A DNA stretch of 64,000 nucleotides, from the NCBI GenBank assembly GCA_044892525.1, contig CM097886.1:13578001-13642000 (forward strand), read 5' to 3'. The translations under genes and the position numbers were made by a program. The DNA comes from Schmidtea polychroa (lineage: Eukaryota). Below are positions 58,880-64,000 of this stretch, piece by piece (position 1 is the first letter of the stretch; each line of letters begins with the position of its first letter). The notes beneath the pieces are model-generated. The model was not told the DNA's origin. It was given only the letters and a program-made list of their open reading frames with translations, and made no database searches.

Positions 58880-59230
58880 ATCGAAAATATTTTATGCATT
58901 GCTGGATATAAAAATAAATTATTTACTGGATGTGAAACCAATGTTTATGGTTTTTCTCGAGCAAAACATGTTTCTAAAGTATATAAATATGAAAATGAGA
59001 AGAATTGGAGAATCGTTGTAGTTCTCGGCGAAGAAGGATATTTATGTGGAGTTAATGAATGTAATCGATTAGTCATGTGGAACATTGATAGTGGGGAAGT
59101 ATTATGTCAGTTTCTCTTTCCATCTGAAAGCGAGGAATTCATTGTGAAAGCGGTAATACAACCGAGAAATTATGATAAAAAGATTCTCGTTGCCAGTACA
59201 AAATGCATTCGATAAATTATGCGAAAAATA
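58880..59230 (+). pseudogene. Truncated duplicate of part of WDR36 exon 2
   Basis: Near-identical to about 62755-63110, with scattered substitutions and a 7-bp deletion (ggcaaga) that frameshifts it. The left end is hidden by a gap. Confidence 0.9.
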
Positions 59231-61209
59231 AAACTACATTACATAAAATTACCAAATCCAATTCAAGCTTAACTTAATCACATAAACCAAAAACTGAGAG
59301 CAGGCAAAAATCACACCGAAAAATTGTAACTAAAATTTTATCAAAGTTCGCAGTGTGATAATTCATTAATAGATAGATAGATCTTCATCTGAATTTTGTA
59401 AAATGTTAAAATATAAATCTTCAGAAAATAGTTCATTTTTCCTATCTTCATTTTTATTGTTGTGCATTTTATTGGTACAGGTCCCGAAAATTTTTTTGGT
59501 TAAATTGATATAAGTGTTACAGCAACACTTCGCGTTATTAAATGGCAGAGTCTGAGGGTAGTAAAGTGAGTTGCAGTCAAGACACCTGGAGGAAAGCTGT
59601 ATAGGAATGATGCCTCAGTGTGGAATGCAATACAGTCACCTCCGACGACAACCATAGTTTCAAAATATGCGTTCAATTTTGGGTATATTTCAAACCTATA
59701 ATGTAGTCTTTAAGGAACTCTTCAATGGTTAGGATTATCCATTAGGAGTTTTGTGGAATTAGTCAATCCGATGACCGTTAAAACGATTCAAGCTTATTCG
59801 AATAATTATAAGTCTAAACATTGTAACTTATTGTAACTAAAAAATAAAGTAAACTCTTTCGTGATCTGGCATATTTCAATGAAATAAAAAATTCCCTCCA
59901 TTTGTTTACGACTAATTTTTGTTATTTGCGTTTTGGTAATTAATTTAACGTAGGCATTTCACGGATGATCTACCAGCATGATTAGGGAAATCGTTCAACA
60001 GAAGCGTAAGAGGCGTTGAATTGATGAATTTAAATATTAAATTTTAATTGCAGAGCGACCTAAGACATCCTATAGGCAGTCTAATCATTTTAAGCTTGGT
60101 TAAGTCGAGCAGTCAGATTAAGAAGGCTCGCCTCTAGTTAACTACACCACCACTATATACACGACTAACATGGCTTTTTTCAAAGGATATACAGGGGTTT
60201 GATTTTCAAGGATCATATGACTGTCTCTCAACGGCTGACCTCGTTTTCCCTTCCACTGCTAGTGATCTATTATTTAATACTACCCAATAATATATTGCAT
60301 ATTTTTATAGTGAGCTAGGTCCCAAAAAATTATATTTTTATATGTTTGACATTGAAATGACGTCTCATGTAATTAGAAGGCTGAGACTCACAAGAGTTCT
60401 TGTGCCTATTCCCGCGAGATGTAGTTTCAATATCCGGAGAAGTGTGTAACATCCGAATTCCATCTGCAGGGAGAGTTCAGTGCCGCGCACTTCCACTATG
60501 CTTTATAGTTTGTAAAATTCAAAGATTTAATGATAAACTTTAATAATAAAATTTAGTACCAAAACCTGCCAGAGTACGATATTTTGAATGTCTCCTAAAT
60601 AGCTGAAGAGGCACATAGAGTGTATTCTGAATGAAGACAAGTTGTGTTTCTCCTGAGCCATTTATAGATAAGGTCCCCAATAAATTCAAAATTCTGACAG
60701 GAAAACCGAAAACAAATTCTCAATTTTCCAACGAGGAACCTCATCTAGAAACATTGATTGTCTAAAGACAAATTCATATTCTATTATTGAAATCAAATCG
60801 GAACTTACTGTTGTCAAGTCACTAATTTGCTATGGTCGTTATCACATTTTTTATAAAGGTACGTCTTAGTATTTTAGATCTAGTGGAAACTTGGTGGAAT
60901 TAATATGGAAATGAAACTGAAATAATATTTCGAAATCAAAAATATAATTATAAATTTCTTAAATTGCCCAAGGGCCCATAAAATAATAATTATACTAGTG
61001 TGGCATAAACAATCATTTATAAACATAAGAAATAGTGGCCAAAAGTAAAACTAACCCATGAATAGTTAGACAATTTTATATCTCGTATTTTCCTCAGCAT
61101 TTAACTTTGTTTATTTTGTTGATTAAAAAAACTTAAAAATTCTAATTTTTCAATTTTGATTTTAAATATTTCATTTATTTATAATATTTTTAGATACAAT
61201 TTTTAAATA

Positions 61210-61426
61210 TCGTATATACTCGCTTATAAGTCGAGAAATTTACGTCAAATTTTCAAGTCAAAATAGCCACTTCGACTTATACGCGGGTCAAAAAATGTAC
61301 AAATTAATTTTTAATGAAATCATTAAACCTTTTTTTATTTTTGTTACTTCGACTTATACGTGAGTTTCCAATTTAGGACTTAAAAACCTCTTAAAATCTA
61401 CTCGACTTATACGCGAGTATATACGG
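61210..61426. mobile_element. pogo/Tigger-type MITE, 217 bp
   Basis: TIRs (t)cgtatatactcgcttataagtcga / tcgacttatacgcgagtatatacgg, TA on both sides, two extra internal cttcgacttatacg copies. Confidence 0.85.
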
Positions 61427-62534
61427 TATTTATTTTTAATAAAAATTATTAAATCATGAAATTATAATCATAAATAACAATTATTAATTCAATCTAAATG
61501 AATACCTGATTTTATTTAATTGAAGTTTTTGCAAACTTTTATTATTTTGATTTAAAAATTTTTCTTATTTAATGGGATCGTCACCCCCTACCAATATTTA
61601 ACTTTATTCTTTTTTGTATTATTAATTTGATACTAATTTTCCAAGATTTTAATCAGTTCTCAAATTTAATTATATTTAATTTTCATGATGAACTTTCGAT
61701 TACTGCGTGGTGATCTAAATTCGGAGTCTGTGTATGTGTTATCACCTTTACTAAAGAAACAGTAGTTATTTTGTGTTTTCACCAAACAATTTCAAACTGA
61801 ATAATTTAATTTAAAATTAATTTTATTAAAATTAAGAAATAAATTTTTCAGAATAATCATTTTTCTAGTTTTTCACATGATTTCTTTCATATTTTATAAA
61901 ATTTTTTATTACTTTGTGTTGATGAAGTATGTTGATAAGATCTGTACATGTATAATGTCTTAATAAAACAAATGATGAATATCCTTTGTTTTGGCCTAGC
62001 AGATGAACCAGAACGTAAAAGTATTATGTGGACCAGATGTACAAATGTATTTCCGACATATTTAAACAAATTCTCAATTTTTCGACCCTAACCCAACGGT
62101 TATATGTCCATTGGTTTTCTACGACATCACACAATACCAACTTGGTGGTAAAGGTAAGTAGCCACCGATTTAGTTATGGTAGGAATTTAAATTATTTGGG
62201 GTTTCAGGTTATGGTAAATTAATCACATGGAAAATAACATGATCAATTCAGAATTCAACTCCTAATAAAAATATTTTAGAATTTTTAGTACTTTAATTAA
62301 TATAATTATTTTTAAAGAAACATTCTCAATATATTCACAGAATATTTAAAAAATTTTATCTGATAAATTATTACACTTAAATTAAAATATTTTTAATTAA
62401 AAATATTTGCTGTTAGATGTTTTTAAAATTTGAAATAATATTTAAAATTTTTATACTTTTCTAATTGATTTGAAATTACTATTTTAAAAATTGTTTTAAT
62501 AATTAGAATATTTATTTAATTGAACGTGAATTTT

Positions 62535-64000
62535 ATGTCTTTTTTATATCATCCCTTGAAAGCTCTTGGCTTATATTCTTCAAATGTGCCTTTGCTTATA
62601 AAATCTGTCGGTGATGATGATTTCTATATATTTTCTGCCGTTGGATGCTATTTTGTTGTTTATCGAGTAATTTTTTAATACCATTAATTTTTATATTAAT
62701 CTTCACACAGTTTTCAAATTTAGCATTAGTTGGTACAAGTGATAAATTGGACGAAAATATTTTATGCATTGCTGGATATAAAAATAAATTATTTACTGGA
62801 TGTGAAACCAATGTTTATGGTTTTTCTCGAGCAAAACATGTTTCTAAAGTATATAAATATGAAAATGAGAAGAATTGGAGAATCATTGTAGTTCTCGGCG
62901 AAGAAGGATATTTATGTGGAGTTAATGAATGTAATCGATTAGTCATATGGAACATTGATAGTGGGGAAGTATTATGTCAGTTTCTCTTTCCATCAGAAAA
63001 CGAAGAATTCATTGTAAAAGCGGTAATGCAACCGAGAAATTATGATAAAAAGATTCTCGTTGCCAGTACAAAAGGCAAGATGCATTTGATAAATTATGCG
63101 AAGAATAAATTGCTTTATATATTCGATATTGGCCATGAGATAATGTCAATTGAACAGACACCGAATGATGATACAATTGCTATTGGATGTAATGGCGATT
63201 GCAGAGTATTGCTATTGAATCTAGTATACGATAAGGTAGTGATGGAATTGCAGCAAGATCTAGGCCCAATCACTGCAATCGGGTTCCGTAGCGATATTGA
63301 TGAGCAATTGATCATGTTGACAGCTAGCAAGAATGGTCACGTAGCGATGTGGAACCTGGACAGCAAGCGGAACATTGGACAATCAAGACATTGTCATGAG
63401 GGATCAATCGCATCAATCTGGTGTGTGCCAGGCAAGCCGTTGTTGCTATCCAATGGTGCTGACAACAGCATCAAGATATGGAATTATGAGCGTCCTGACG
63501 GCACCCCGCAACTGTTGCGCAGCAGGAGCGGGCATTGGCAACCGCCATCGCGCATCAAGTTCTGGCCGCGTGGGGCATACAGCAATGAGATCATCAGTGC
63601 AGGCAAGGACAGCTGCATGCTGGTATTCAATGCCCATGAGGACAGCAAGCAATTCAGCATGGGCAGGGCGTATCTCCCTCATCACGGGGGACCCAGGGAG
63701 GACAGGGTCACCAGGGAGCAGTACATATTGCCCCCGGCAGTCGATATGTCTGCTTGTAACGCACGCGAGTATTGCTGGGATACAATTGCCATTTGCCACC
63801 AGTCCCATCGCCCCGTTACCACCTGGTCATTCAACAAGCGCACCAGAGGCAAGCATTACCTTGAACCCGCCATATTCAAGCAGCGCCATTACCGATACTC
63901 ACATTCTGTTGCTACCAGATGCGCTATCAGCACTTGCGGTGATTTCCTCATCATCGGGTACTCTACTGGACACATTATCAAGTTCAATATCCAATCAGGC
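62535..64000 (+). CDS. WDR36: WD repeat protein 36 / UTP21 (SSU processome), 5' part, continues beyond the window
   Basis: MSFLYHPLKALGLYSSNVP..., 44-bp intron at 62667-62710, then QPRNYDKKILVAS, PITAIGFRSD, LLLSNGADNSIKIW, LLRSRSGH..PPSRIKF and CGDFLIIGYSTGHIIKFNIQSG, all matching WDR36/Utp21. Confidence 0.93.

Overview
Eukaryotic (animal-type) AT-rich draft scaffold with six N-gaps, short spliceosomal introns and strongly diverged proteins. A fast-evolving, possibly parasitic lineage is plausible, but that is inference only. Seven host genes are supported by recognisable motifs: a PAP2/PLPPR-like pseudo-phosphatase (+, 2076-9272, spliced), a UBA-UBX-LRR protein (-, 15023-18679), an intronless PIWI-clade Argonaute with an intact DEDH tetrad (-, 22330-24795), a DCAF8-like WD40 protein (+, 30963-34074), an AJM1-like zf-MYND protein (+, 36226-37644), CYFIP/Sra-1 (-, 45846-56564, about 16 exons) and WDR36/UTP21 (+, 62535 to the window end). 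The intergenic and intronic space holds mobile DNA: an IS630/Tc1 element, a hAT element with a perfect 8-bp TSD, a second hAT relic, Gypsy and LINE relics, two pogo/Tigger-type MITEs, a piggyBac-type MITE and several minisatellites. It also holds orphan fragments of host sequences: an FKBP6/Shutdown-like TPR fused to an EF-1alpha piece, a DNAJC7-like TPR relic, a 28S rRNA D3 fragment and a partial WDR36 copy. The most unusual stretch is just downstream of PIWI (20.4-22.3 kb): a CCAAT/TATA promoter points into a 28S rRNA fragment that directly abuts a frameshifted Polinton/adintovirus-type minor capsid (penton) relic on the opposite strand. This is a candidate piRNA-source or virus-memory locus, but no function is shown by the sequence. 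All family assignments come from motif recognition by eye, not from database searches. Exon boundaries are approximate unless stated.
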